Shown here one piece after another: positions 8,499 to 17,029 of a stretch of 30,000 bases of DNA. Numbering within the stretch: the stretch's first letter is position 1; every line of letters starts with the position of its first letter. Below the pieces are notes generated by a model. The model did no database searches. It was given only the letters and a program-made list of their open reading frames with translations, and was not told the DNA's origin. The stretch is taken from assembly GCF_025466085.1 (NCBI RefSeq), contig NZ_JANLOD010000032.1, positions 166,482-196,481 of the forward strand. Direction: 5' to 3'. The stretch is from Pseudomonas sp. 14P_8.1_Bac3 (GTDB taxonomy: Bacteria; Pseudomonadota; Gammaproteobacteria; Pseudomonadales; Pseudomonadaceae). The position numbers were made by a program, and so were the translations under genes.

Positions 8499-8753
8499 TC
8501 ATGCTGCAAACAGATCTTGCTGATGTGGCTGCGGCATGCAGCGTTGGAGACCGTCGCAGATGGCTGATTCCAGCAGTTCGGCGTCTTGCTCAAGCTCAGG
8601 GAATTCGCCCGCAAATTCACTCACCGCGCTGCGCAGCCCGGCCGCCTCACGCTGCAGAGTTGGAATCACGATGCTGCGCATGTTGCCGATCGTGCGCAGA
8701 TCCAGGCTGCACTCCCGGCAAAGCCGGATGTAGTCGAGCATGTACTTCGGCAT
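8499..8753 (-). CDS. Hypothetical protein, 84 aa
   Basis: AGGAG lies 8 nt before ATG 8753. It is co-directional with the zinc-ribbon ORF and 63 nt upstream of it. No family was recognised. Confidence 0.5.
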   Translation of the reverse strand: MPKYMLDYIRLCRECSLDLRTIGNMRSIVIPTLQREAAGLRSAVSEFAGEFPELEQDAELLESAICDGLQRCMPQPHQQDLFAA

Positions 8754-8961
8754 TTCACTTACTCCTGGTTGTCATCTGTTGGCGCCAGCGCTGAATTGAC
8801 CCAGTTAGCGAGATGCCACTGACCCAGTCTGATTCCTCGCGAACTATTTCCTGTGCTGGTTTTCTGCCGATTGGAGTTGGGTCGGTGTTGCGTCGGCACG
8901 TAGGTCAATTCGGCGTCGGCACCAACAGCTTGGCCAGGGACAGCGTTTACAAGGGGCAAAA

Positions 8962-8991
8962 ACGAGCCCAGCCAATGGTCTCGTTTTTTTT
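8962..8991 (-). terminator. Hairpin flanked by A- and T-runs, probably the terminator of the SnoaL-like gene (possibly bidirectional)
   Basis: ACGAGCCC (8962-8969) pairs with GGTCTCGT (8977-8984) with one mismatch. The plus strand has AAAAA on the 5' side and TTTTTTT on the 3' side. It lies 17 nt beyond the stop at 9008. Confidence 0.55.
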
Positions 8992-9007
8992 GCAGGCAGT
9001 GTTTGAG

Positions 9008-9493
9008 TTACCAACCCAGCTGCTTGTTGAACGACAGCGCGTCATAGTAATCATGCTGCGTCGCGATCTGGCCGTCCTTCAACCGAATGAAACTGACGCC
9101 CTTGAAGGACAGCGGCTTGTTGGTTGCTGGCGTTTCAGGTGCCCAGGCGCCGGTATTATTCCCGTCGAACTGCCATTCAAAGGCAATGTTGTCGCCGTCG
9201 ATGACCGGCTGGCCAACCATCTTCCACTTCAGATCGGGCACCGCATCGATAAAGAGTTTGATGACCTCGACCCTGGCCGCTTCCCTGCCGACTTTAGGAA
9301 CGCCTACCGAGGCGTCCAGAAATTCCCCGTTCTCGGCAAAATATTGTGCCGCCGCGTCTGGGTCGTGTTTGTTCCACGCGCTCATGTAAGCGTTGATAAC
9401 GTCCAAGGTGTTCTGTTTGTCCGCTGCAACCGAAAACTGGGCAAACAACACGAAGGCAAGAATGCTGGCGATGCGTAGCGATATCCGGTGCAT
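9008..9493 (-). CDS. Secreted SnoaL-like / NTF2-fold (ester-cyclase-like) protein
   Basis: AGAGGAAA RBS. The signal peptide is MHRISLRIASILAFVLFAQFSVAA. Composition and length (161 aa) fit the SnoaL-like polyketide cyclase fold: YMSAWNKHD..., ...IRLKDGQIATQHDYYD. Confidence 0.8.
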   Translation of the reverse strand: MHRISLRIASILAFVLFAQFSVAADKQNTLDVINAYMSAWNKHDPDAAAQYFAENGEFLDASVGVPKVGREAARVEVIKLFIDAVPDLKWKMVGQPVIDGDNIAFEWQFDGNNTGAWAPETPATNKPLSFKGVSFIRLKDGQIATQHDYYDALSFNKQLGW

Positions 9494-9562
9494 GGTATTT
9501 CCTCTTCGATTTTTGCTGTTGTGGGAGAGTCGGAAAACAGTTTTGCCCAGGCGTGCAGCTAT

Positions 9563-10298
9563 CTACCGCGGCACCGGCAGCTCAACCAGCGACCACTCGA
9601 TCGACAGAGGTTTGAGTTTGTGTACTTTGGCGGCAACAGGGCGGTTGGCCATGTTGCCGACGAACCAGTTCGCCGAATTAGCCGCGATGATCCGGCCTTC
9701 GCCGTTGATGATGAATGCCTCTTTCTTCATGCACAGCAGGCAACGGGTGAGCAGTTGATCGAATTCGTGCAGGGCGATATCCGCCGCGGCGACGCCAACA
9801 AAATGCCCGCCGGCGAAAATCGGCACGGAGAACGCCAGTATGTAGAGTTCGGTGCCATAGAGATCCACGAACGGCCCTTCGACCGAGGCTTCGCCCGTCA
9901 GCTTGGGGCGCGTGAACCAGGGCATGCCCTGGTAGTTGTAGAAGCTTTCGCTTTGCCGGTTCAGCATCATTGGGGCGACTTTTCCGCTCGAGGGGCGGTA
10001 GAACCATTCCAGGAACAGCTCTTGATCGGCGAGTTCCCCCGGTTCCAGCACGACACCGGTCCCTGTAAAAAAGCCAGGTCCTTCGACGTTGGTTTTTTGC
10101 CTTCGGCGTCAAGCGTGCTCCAGACCGGTGCTTATAGTGAAAAAATCGAGATCTCTCCTTGCCCTCATCAACTTTGACAATCCTGTCCAACTCATGATTT
10201 CAGCTGTAACGAATGTCAAGCGAGCGAAGATGCGTCTGTAACCCGGCATCCTGAATGGGGATCAAAAATGCTTCTTGATCCGACTCGTTGACATTCAC
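9563..10298 (-). pseudogene. Cache/PDC-like sensor-domain protein, apparently disrupted by an in-frame TGA and a homopolymer frameshift
   Basis: The intact distal ORF 9563-10051 has Cache-like motifs (PFVDLYGTELYILAFSVPIFAGGHFVGVAAADIAL). Upstream reading continues in another frame (…NHELDRIVKVDEGKERSRFFHYKHRSGARLTPKAK) and joins perfectly if the T6 run at 10093-10098 were T5. A further 32 codons from GTG 10298 are separated by an in-frame TGA (complement of 10200-10202). Confidence 0.5.
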
Positions 10299-10548
10299 TC
10301 ACCAACACCCGTTGTCCAAAGCGGCCAGAGTCGTGGGGGGTTATGTTCGTGAGTTGTGCCGATCGCTGCTTGTTTAGAATCGCTACGGATGGCGTGTAAT
10401 CACAGTGGCGAAGCTAGCGGAACGCTGAGCGCTGTCCGGGTACACGACAACCAATAGTCACTCAATGGCCCAGGCAAGGTGAAATCAAGATCACCAGCAA
10501 GATGCTCATGAGCACGCCGGTGCAGATATCACCTCTAAGTCGCAATCG

Positions 10549-10968
10549 TCAGTTCGTGGATTCGATGATGTTTTTCAGGTGTTCCAGACCTTCGCGGTAC
10601 AAGTCCTCAAAATTCCGGGCAACCTCAGTTTCATCGGCGTCCTTGACCAAAAAGGTACTGGACCAGCAGACCACTGTTCCGCCCTGAACATCAACCTTGG
10701 CGGACATTCTGCCGACGTAATCAATGACCGGGGAAGGACCTTCAAGCAAGGCGTAGGTATATTGCTTTTGATCTTCGTCAAAGGTGAGCAAGCGCTCGAT
10801 GATGATTGCACCGTCAGCCGTTTTCAGGTGGCGCAGACGCCCACCATCGCTGAGGGTACTGCTCGCGATGACATTCAGCCAGCGTGGCAACCAATCAAAT
10901 CCGCCGAGAAGCGCCCAGACTTGCTCGATGGGGCGTTCAACGGCAATAGAGACGCGGACTTCATTCAT
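10549..10968 (-). CDS. SRPBCC (Bet v1-like / polyketide cyclase-dehydrase) family protein
   Basis: The start is MNEVRVSIAVERPIEQVWALLGGFDWLPRW, and the length and pattern are typical of SRPBCC. AAGGTGA lies 5 nt before ATG 10968, which is preferred over the GTG at 10977. Confidence 0.8.
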   Translation of the reverse strand: MNEVRVSIAVERPIEQVWALLGGFDWLPRWLNVIASSTLSDGGRLRHLKTADGAIIIERLLTFDEDQKQYTYALLEGPSPVIDYVGRMSAKVDVQGGTVVCWSSTFLVKDADETEVARNFEDLYREGLEHLKNIIESTN

Positions 10969-11093
10969 GTACTTCACCTTTGTAAGAGAGGGATTTAATG
11001 GATAACTGACGCCCCCATCACAGATGGGTAATGGTGGTCAGCACCAAAATTGACCAGCCCATCACGGCCTGCCCGGCAACTTCATAAGCAGCC

Positions 11094-12305
11094 TCAACCA
11101 ACAGTGGAGCTTCGGTGTATTTGGCGCTGATCGCCACGATTGCGCGACACCAGCCAAACCAGCGGCAACTGTGCAACGATAACCGTTACAACACCCGCCC
11201 AAGGAGTAAGGGTGATCTGCCCGTTGTTGACCAAAGCACTGCCGCTGGATTCTCCTAAGGCGATACCTAGGTTGAATGCCGAAATGTTCAGCGCCGAAGC
11301 AAACGCGACCGCTTGCGGGGTGAAACGCTCAGCGGTGGCCAGCATCCCCGACTGCGCTGCGGGAGACAGACCGAAGGCCAGCGCGCCCCAGAAAAACAAC
11401 ATCACCACTATCGGCACCTGATAGGGCAGCAACAGCGCGACGGCGGCCAGTACCAATGCAAGCAGTACGAAGATCACACGGAGTGCAGGTTGCCAGCCCA
11501 TTTTGGCGGCCAGACGGCCCCCACCGAGATTGCCCGCCAGTGTCGCGATGCCGAATACGACTAACAGCAGATTAGCGGTTGCGGTTGAAAAACCGCTGAT
11601 ATCAGTAAGGATCGGCGTGATAAAGGTGAATGCCGCAAAGCTTGCGCCGAAGCCCAATACCGTCACCATCATCATCGCCAGGATGGCTGGATGCCTGAGT
11701 GCCGCGAGTTGAGTCAACGCTTTTCCCGATGGCGGCGTTGGCACGTTAGGCAACCACAGGGAGGTAGCCACAAGGGCCAATGCGGCCAACAACGCGACGG
11801 CATAAAACGGCAGTCGCCAGCCCATGCCGTTGCCCAGGAAACTGCCAAGCGGCACTCCAACAACCATAGCCAGCGTCAGACCGGCGAACATCGCTGCGAT
11901 CGCTTTACTTGATTGTCCCTTTGGCGCCAGGCTGGCGGCGACGGTGGCCCCGATAGCAAAAAAACTGCCATGCGCGAGTGCTGTCACAACGCGCCCTGCC
12001 AATAGCGAGCGGTAATCGGTGGACAGTGCCGCCAGCAGGTTCCCGCCCAGAAAGATCGCAATAAGCGTCAACAACACGGGTTTTCGTGGTAAGCGTGCCA
12101 AAGCCAGAACCGTCAATGGCGTACCTATGGCCAGCGCCAGTGCGTACAGCCCGACCAAGCTGCCCGCACGCGCCAGTGGTATGTCGAGGTCAGAGGCGAT
12201 AGCTGGAAGGATACCCACGACAATGAACTCGGCCATACCGATAGCGAAGGCTGTCACCGCCAATGCCAGTACGCCTGGATGAATGCGTTGCATGGCCTGA
12301 CTCAT
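11094..12305 (-). CDS. MFS transporter, DHA1-type (YdhP/NepI/AraJ-like efflux permease)
   Basis: 403 aa with about 12 hydrophobic segments. The N-terminal motif is FAIGMAEFIVVGILPAIASDL...AGSLVGLYALALAIGTP. The ATG overlaps the upstream stop as ATGA. Confidence 0.9.
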   Translation of the reverse strand: MSQAMQRIHPGVLALAVTAFAIGMAEFIVVGILPAIASDLDIPLARAGSLVGLYALALAIGTPLTVLALARLPRKPVLLTLIAIFLGGNLLAALSTDYRSLLAGRVVTALAHGSFFAIGATVAASLAPKGQSSKAIAAMFAGLTLAMVVGVPLGSFLGNGMGWRLPFYAVALLAALALVATSLWLPNVPTPPSGKALTQLAALRHPAILAMMMVTVLGFGASFAAFTFITPILTDISGFSTATANLLLVVFGIATLAGNLGGGRLAAKMGWQPALRVIFVLLALVLAAVALLLPYQVPIVVMLFFWGALAFGLSPAAQSGMLATAERFTPQAVAFASALNISAFNLGIALGESSGSALVNNGQITLTPWAGVVTVIVAQLPLVWLVSRNRGDQRQIHRSSTVG

Positions 12306-12694
12306 GGACGGCCTGCCGCCTGCAGAGCGATCACCTGATCAGCCTCGACAGTGGCACCGGCGACGCCTACGGCACCGATGACCTTGCCCCGCTCATCGTG
12401 CAACACCACGCCACCACCAAAGCTGATCAGACCACCGTTGGTGGCCTCCAGCGAGTAGATGGACCCACCCGGTTGCGCCTGCACACCCAGTTCGGCACTG
12501 TCGGTGCGAAACAATGCCGCTGTGCGCGCTTTCTTGAGTGAAACATCAATGGCGCCGGGCACGGCGTCATCCATACGGACGAAATGGCGCAGAAGTCCGG
12601 CATCGTCGACCACGCTGATGCAAACGGCGAAGCCTTGATCACGCGCCAGCGTTTTTGCACGGTTGATCACTTGCAGGGACAGTTGCTCAAACAT
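12302..12694 (-). CDS. GlcG/HbpS-like (DUF336) heme-binding-type protein
   Basis: GGAG lies 6 nt before ATG 12694 (MFEQLSLQVINRAKTLARDQG...). The C-terminal GGGVVLHDERGKVIGAVGVAGATVEADQVIA pattern is typical of the family. The track's longer ORF to 12772 is an upstream extension. Confidence 0.85.
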   Translation of the reverse strand: MFEQLSLQVINRAKTLARDQGFAVCISVVDDAGLLRHFVRMDDAVPGAIDVSLKKARTAALFRTDSAELGVQAQPGGSIYSLEATNGGLISFGGGVVLHDERGKVIGAVGVAGATVEADQVIALQAAGRP

Positions 12695-12778
12695 TCGGGA
12701 CTCCATTGAGTAAAACGACAGAGCCCCGATGATCCCGATGATTGCTTTCCAGAGGAATATGCCCCAGGCCATTGGAGA

Positions 12779-13498
12779 TTAAAGTTTGAGCATGTCGAAC
12801 ATTTCCCGCATGGCCTGGGTCGCCAGCTTGTGCAGCGCGTTTTTGGGCAAGCGAGACGCCGGTGCCGCGACGCCGAGCGCCGCGACTACCCGACCTTGCA
12901 AGCGCAGGGGCAGTGCTACGCAATTGAGCCCGGCCTCGGCTTCTTCAAGGTCCAATGCATAGCCGGCTGTGACGATGCTTGCCAGTTCACTCTCCAGCTC
13001 CGCAGGTAGCAATTGCGCGCGGCGCAAACTGCGGCGCAAGTCTTCGTCGAAGGCCAGGAATATTTTGCCGATGGCCGAGGTGGTCAGGCCCGCGCGGCGC
13101 CCACGCGGGCTGGCAACACACAGACTGCCGGTGCCTTCAAGGGCGTCCATATAGAAGTATTCGCGGGTGCCGCAAGGTGCCGCGAGAAAACAAGTTTCGC
13201 CACTGCGTTCGGCCAGCGTGCGCAGGGCGGGGGCAAAGGTTTCGTGCAAGTGTGCATCCGCATCGCTCAACGGCTGCGCTATCTCCCGCAGACGCATGCC
13301 CAGGGCGTAGTGCGTGCCGCGACGGGCGATGTAGCCCATGGCGGCGAGGGTATTGAGCAACCCGTGCAAGGTGCTTTTGTGCAAGCCCGACTGCGCCGCA
13401 AGGTCTACCAGACGGATTTCGCCACCTGCCGCCGCGATGGTCTCAAGAATCATCATTGCGCGTTCGACGGACTGTATGCCTTTGTTCTCGTTGATCAT
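12779..13498 (-). CDS. IclR-family transcriptional regulator
   Basis: 239 aa. The N-terminal wHTH is IQSVERAMMILETIAAAGGEIRLVDLAAQSGLHKSTLHGLLNTL, followed by an IclR effector domain. Confidence 0.92.
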   Translation of the reverse strand: MINENKGIQSVERAMMILETIAAAGGEIRLVDLAAQSGLHKSTLHGLLNTLAAMGYIARRGTHYALGMRLREIAQPLSDADAHLHETFAPALRTLAERSGETCFLAAPCGTREYFYMDALEGTGSLCVASPRGRRAGLTTSAIGKIFLAFDEDLRRSLRRAQLLPAELESELASIVTAGYALDLEEAEAGLNCVALPLRLQGRVVAALGVAAPASRLPKNALHKLATQAMREMFDMLKL

Positions 13499-13531
13499 GT
13501 GAGGCGCTTTCGTTTGTCTGAATTGAGACTT

Positions 13532-13562
13532 CGGGCCACGAACAGTCGTTGGCGCGTGGCCC
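13532..13562 (-). terminator. GC-rich hairpin between the MFS stop and the IclR start; a possible terminator or attenuator with no U-tract
   Basis: CGGGCCACG (13532-13540) and CGTGGCCCG (13554-13562) form a 9-bp perfect stem with a 13-nt loop. It lies 18 nt after the stop at 13580 on the minus strand. Confidence 0.35.
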
Positions 13563-13579
13563 GGCCGGAGCCCTGGCGA

Positions 13580-14860
13580 TCAGGACTTCAGGGGTACTTG
13601 AAGCAAGGGCGCACCGCGATTGGCCATCAATCGCATGATTATCCACGCAGTCAAGTAAGAGCTCGCGCACACAATGAAAATCAGGTTGTAGCCGAGGGTA
13701 AGGTTTTCCAGGGCCTTGTAGTGTTGCAGAACGATGCCGACGATCAATGGAAATATCATCCCGCCCACTGAGCCCGCCGTGCCGCCAATGCCCATGACCG
13801 AGGCGACTTGCGAGCGCGGGAAATTGTCCGCAACGGTGGTGAACAGATTGGCTGACCAGCCCTGGTGGGCTGCGGCTGCCAGGCTCAACAGGCCAACCAT
13901 GACCCACATGTTGTCGATATAGCTGGAGAACCCGATTGGCAAAACCAGTATCGCCATGAACAACATCGCGCTATTGCGGGCTTTTGTTGTCGACCAGCCA
14001 GCACTGATCATTCGCGACGAAAGCCAGCCGCCGCCGACACTGCCGATGGAGGTCGCGCAGTAGACAATCATCAGCGGCAGTCCCAGGTGCTTGAGGTCGA
14101 GGTCGAAGCGACTGGAGAAGTAGGACGGCAACCAGAACAGCATGAACCACCAGATCGGGTCGGTGAGGAACTTGCCGGTGACAAACACCCAGGTGGAGCG
14201 CAGCTTTAGCAGATCGGCCCATTTGACCTTGTCGACGGGTTCAATGTGAGTGTCCTGGTTGATGTAGGCCAGTTCGCTTGGGCTGATCCTTGGATGTGCG
14301 GCAGGGCTCTGGTAAAAAATCTTCCAGAAAACCAGCCAGACAAATCCTGTGAGGCCGGTAATGATAAAGGCGGACTCCCAGCCGTACGTAGCGGCGAGCC
14401 ATGGCACACAGGCGGGTGCCAGAATTGCACCAACACTGGTTCCGGAAGTGAGAATGCCTACGGCCAGGGCCCGTTCATTTTTCGGGAACCACTCAGAAAC
14501 GGCCTTGATGGCCGCCGGGAAATTTCCCGATTCACCCAGCCCCAGCAAGGCGCGCATGTACATGAAACTCAAGGTGGACTGGGCAGCGGCATGGCCGATC
14601 GCGGCGATGCTCCAGACCGTGATGCAAAGGCCGTAGCCGAGCTTGGTGCCCAAGCGGTCGATCAGTTTGCCGAAGATCAGCAGTCCGCCCGCGTAGCAGG
14701 CCTGGAAGACAATGACCAGATAGCTGTAGTCCGTCTCGCTCCAATGAAACTGTTGTTCCAGAAGTGGCTTGAGCAGGCCAAGCACCTGTCGGTCGAGATA
14801 GTTGATCGTGGTGGCGAAAAACAGCAGCGTACAGATTTGCCAGCGGTATTGATGTGACAT
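13580..14860 (-). CDS. MFS transporter, anion:cation symporter family (ExuT/hexuronate-type sugar-acid transporter)
   Basis: The start is placed at MSHQYRWQICTLLFFATTINYLDRQVLG (ATG 14860). The motifs LGESGNFPAAIKAVSEWFPKNERA and the overall layout resemble ExuT/ACS-family permeases. The track's 63-codon upstream extension overlaps the preceding gene. Confidence 0.9.
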   Translation of the reverse strand: MSHQYRWQICTLLFFATTINYLDRQVLGLLKPLLEQQFHWSETDYSYLVIVFQACYAGGLLIFGKLIDRLGTKLGYGLCITVWSIAAIGHAAAQSTLSFMYMRALLGLGESGNFPAAIKAVSEWFPKNERALAVGILTSGTSVGAILAPACVPWLAATYGWESAFIITGLTGFVWLVFWKIFYQSPAAHPRISPSELAYINQDTHIEPVDKVKWADLLKLRSTWVFVTGKFLTDPIWWFMLFWLPSYFSSRFDLDLKHLGLPLMIVYCATSIGSVGGGWLSSRMISAGWSTTKARNSAMLFMAILVLPIGFSSYIDNMWVMVGLLSLAAAAHQGWSANLFTTVADNFPRSQVASVMGIGGTAGSVGGMIFPLIVGIVLQHYKALENLTLGYNLIFIVCASSYLTAWIIMRLMANRGAPLLQVPLKS

Positions 14861-14909
14861 TTGGGCATCTCGCTTCTTATTGTTCTTGTGAACTGTGGGG
14901 GTACGGCAG

Positions 14910-15767
14910 CTAACAACAGCGCTGCAAACGTTCGGCGCACACGCGCAAAACCTCGGCTTCGTCACGTTTCCACCAGTTGTCCCGGGAAAAGATTTCGACT
15001 TCGACAGCGCCCTCATAACCGGCCGTTTCAATCTGCTGGCGAATGCCACGCAGATCGATGACCCCGTCGCCCATCATGCCGCGATCCAGCAGCAAGTCCT
15101 GGGTAGGCACCAGCCAGTCGGACAGGTGCAGGCCCAATATTCGTTGTTGTGCACCGGCGCGCTGTATTTGCTCGTGCAGCCTGGGGTCCCACCAGCAGTG
15201 ATAGACGTCCACGGCAACGCCCAGATGCTGGTAGTTTCCAGGCTCGAGCAATTCGCACAAGTCCAATGCCTGCTCCAGCGTCGACAAGCAGGAACGGTCC
15301 GCTGCATACATCGGGTGCAGCGGTTCCAGAGCCAGCGATACCTGATGCTGTTTGGCGTGATCAAGCAGCAAGGCCAAGCCTTCGGCTACCTGATTGCGTG
15401 CTGCCGGCAGATCCCGGGAGCCTGCGGGCAAGCCACCGACCACCATGACGAAGCATTTTGCTTGCAACTCGGCGGCTTCCTCGATGGCTTTGAGGTTGTC
15501 GGCAATGGCAGCGTCGAAGTCCTGTCGCGTGGCTTGCGGGATGTAGGTCGAGCGACAATAAGCGTTTACCTTTAGTCCGCTGTCGTGTAACTGCCGGCGA
15601 ACCTGGCTGAGCGTGCGGCCTTGGATATCCTTGCGCCACGGGGCGACGTAACCGAATCCCGCGTGGGCGATAAGGTCCAGGGTCTGCTCGATAGGCAGAC
15701 GATGGCCGAGTGTGGCGGTGTTGATCGAACAGAGGTCGAGCCGGTTTTCCAGCGTGCGCAATGTCAT
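14910..15767 (-). CDS. Xylose-isomerase-like TIM-barrel protein (sugar phosphate isomerase/epimerase family)
   Basis: 285 aa with a GGAGAA RBS. It has the alternating pattern typical of the AP-endonuclease-2/IolE-like TIM barrel (…FGYVAPWRKD…, …VMVVGGLP…, …LALEPLHP…, …GVAVDVYHCWWD…, …LHLSDW…, …YEGAVEVEIFS). Confidence 0.85.
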   Translation of the reverse strand: MTLRTLENRLDLCSINTATLGHRLPIEQTLDLIAHAGFGYVAPWRKDIQGRTLSQVRRQLHDSGLKVNAYCRSTYIPQATRQDFDAAIADNLKAIEEAAELQAKCFVMVVGGLPAGSRDLPAARNQVAEGLALLLDHAKQHQVSLALEPLHPMYAADRSCLSTLEQALDLCELLEPGNYQHLGVAVDVYHCWWDPRLHEQIQRAGAQQRILGLHLSDWLVPTQDLLLDRGMMGDGVIDLRGIRQQIETAGYEGAVEVEIFSRDNWWKRDEAEVLRVCAERLQRCC

Positions 15768-15834
15768 TCAATTCTCCACGAATGCAGATGGTCCCATCAC
15801 GGAGCGCGGCACAGGCGGCGCTCCGCGTAACACG

Positions 15835-17010
15835 TTAAGCGTCTACGCCATAGAGACCGAGGAAGGTTTTCATTCTGGCCACGGCCAATGCCGGGTCGCT
15901 GAGTAGCCCGGCCTGGTCGGCGAGACGGAAGATCTCGCAGAAGTAGGGCAGGGGACGCATGGCTTGTTGGCCACCGAGCATGATGAAGTGATCCTGATGG
16001 CCATTGAGGTAGGCCAGGAACACCACACCTGTTTTGTAGTACTGGGTCGGGCTGCTGAAAATCAGGCGTGCCAGCGGCACGGTAGGATCAAGCAGGGCGT
16101 GGTAACGCGCCACATCACCCTCTGCCAAAGCCGCCAGTGCGTGTGAGGCTGCCGGTGCGATGGCATCGAAAATACCCAGTAGGGCGTGGGAGAAACCCTG
16201 TTCATCACCGGCGATCAGTTCCGGATAGTTGAAGTCGTCACCGGTGTACATCTTCACCGATTCCGGCAGTCGTCGGCGCAGGAGGATTTCCTTCTCCTTG
16301 TCGAGCAACGAGATTTTGATTCCGTCGACCTTGGCCGGGTTCTCGTGAATGATTTCAAGACAGGTTTCCAGTGCCTGCTCAAACTTCTGACTGCCCCAGT
16401 ACCCGGTTAGGGCCGGATCGAACATGTCACCCAGCCAGTGCAAGATCACCGGTTGCCGGGCATCCGCCAGTACCTTGCGGTAGACCCGTTTGTAGTCCTG
16501 GGCACCTTTGGCAACACGCGCCAAGGCGCGGCTGGCCATGAGAATGATGCGCCCGTCGAGCTTGTCGATCGCGCTGTGTTGTTCGTCATACGCCTTGAGA
16601 ACATCATCAAGACTACTGGCCTCATTTGCCGCCAATTGATCAGTCCCGCAGCCGGAAAAAATCACTGCATGCTTGATGTCGCGAGTATCTGCGAGCGTGC
16701 GTTTGATCAGCTCCAGTGCGGTCGGCCAATCGAGGCCCATGCCACGCTGGGCCGTGTCCATTGCCTCTGCAATGCCCAGGCCCTGTTGCAGGAGGTAGCG
16801 CCGATACTGAAGGGTTTTGTCCCAGTCGATGGCGGCTGTGCTGCCAGGCTGGTTGGCACTGAACGGGTCGGCGACGACGTGTGCGGCAGACAAGGCGATT
16901 CGGTTATTGGGCAACGGTTTAGCCGGCGGTAAAAGAGGCTCGCCAGTCAACGAGTATTTCTGCAGCGGGCGGGCCGCGTCAGAGGTCAACAAATCAATGG
17001 TTAAAGGCAT
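15835..17010 (-). CDS. DUF993-like protein (DHDPS-like barrel family of unknown function)
   Basis: The motifs SAAHVVADP, AIDWDKTLQYRRYLLQQGLGIAEAMDTAQRGMGLDWPTALELI match my recollection of DUF993 proteins, which are commonly encoded next to TIM-barrel isomerase/epimerase genes. ATG 17010 is preferred over the TTG at 17028. The family call is unverified. Confidence 0.7.
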   Translation of the reverse strand: MPLTIDLLTSDAARPLQKYSLTGEPLLPPAKPLPNNRIALSAAHVVADPFSANQPGSTAAIDWDKTLQYRRYLLQQGLGIAEAMDTAQRGMGLDWPTALELIKRTLADTRDIKHAVIFSGCGTDQLAANEASSLDDVLKAYDEQHSAIDKLDGRIILMASRALARVAKGAQDYKRVYRKVLADARQPVILHWLGDMFDPALTGYWGSQKFEQALETCLEIIHENPAKVDGIKISLLDKEKEILLRRRLPESVKMYTGDDFNYPELIAGDEQGFSHALLGIFDAIAPAASHALAALAEGDVARYHALLDPTVPLARLIFSSPTQYYKTGVVFLAYLNGHQDHFIMLGGQQAMRPLPYFCEIFRLADQAGLLSDPALAVARMKTFLGLYGVDA

Positions 17011-17029
17011 GTGCGTGTCTCTTGGCAAA

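Larger units (their letters stand above)
5236..8960. mobile_element. Decayed integrative element or prophage remnant: att fragment, int, xis-like and small ORFs. The right boundary is uncertain.
   Basis: A tRNA 3'-half att block sits next to convergent int and xis-like genes, followed by small ORFs with no assignable function and a low-GC opposite-strand cargo gene. No capsid, tail or replication genes are present. The right end is placed before the terminator of the next gene, because no second att copy was found by eye. Confidence 0.55.

Noticed and set aside
8759-8959. 66-aa minus-strand ORF at the putative right edge of the element
   Set aside because: It begins with TTG inside the terminator hairpin region, has no RBS and matches no recognisable family. 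It may be a fragment of a truncated gene at the element boundary, but it is not supportable as a CDS.
5350-8960. A recognisable anti-phage defence system (nuclease, helicase, ATPase, reverse transcriptase, TIR, SIR2, cyclase or similar) in the integrase-linked element
   Set aside because: None of the ORFs is long enough or carries any motif of those families. Only the moron-like and unassigned small ORFs are flagged, as hypotheses.
8813-9478. 221-aa plus-strand ORF overlapping the SnoaL-like gene
   Set aside because: The opposite strand encodes a protein with an RBS, a signal peptide and fold-consistent sequence. This ORF has none of these.
10200-10202. The in-frame TGA in the Cache-like gene read as selenocysteine or programmed readthrough
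   Set aside because: There is no SECIS-like hairpin immediately downstream and no redox motif context, and the gene also carries a frameshift. Ordinary gene decay or sequencing error is the simpler explanation.
10503-10514. Perfect 12-bp palindrome TGCTCATGAGCA downstream of the SRPBCC gene
   Set aside because: About 30000/4096, or roughly 7, perfect 12-bp palindromes are expected by chance in a window of this size. There is no second copy and no positional logic.
8750-11100. Search for a second copy of the att 45-mer or sub-strings to define the other element end
   Set aside because: No match longer than a few nucleotides was seen by eye (for example GAATGGGGATC near 10250 shares only ATGGGG), so the right boundary is left open rather than asserted.
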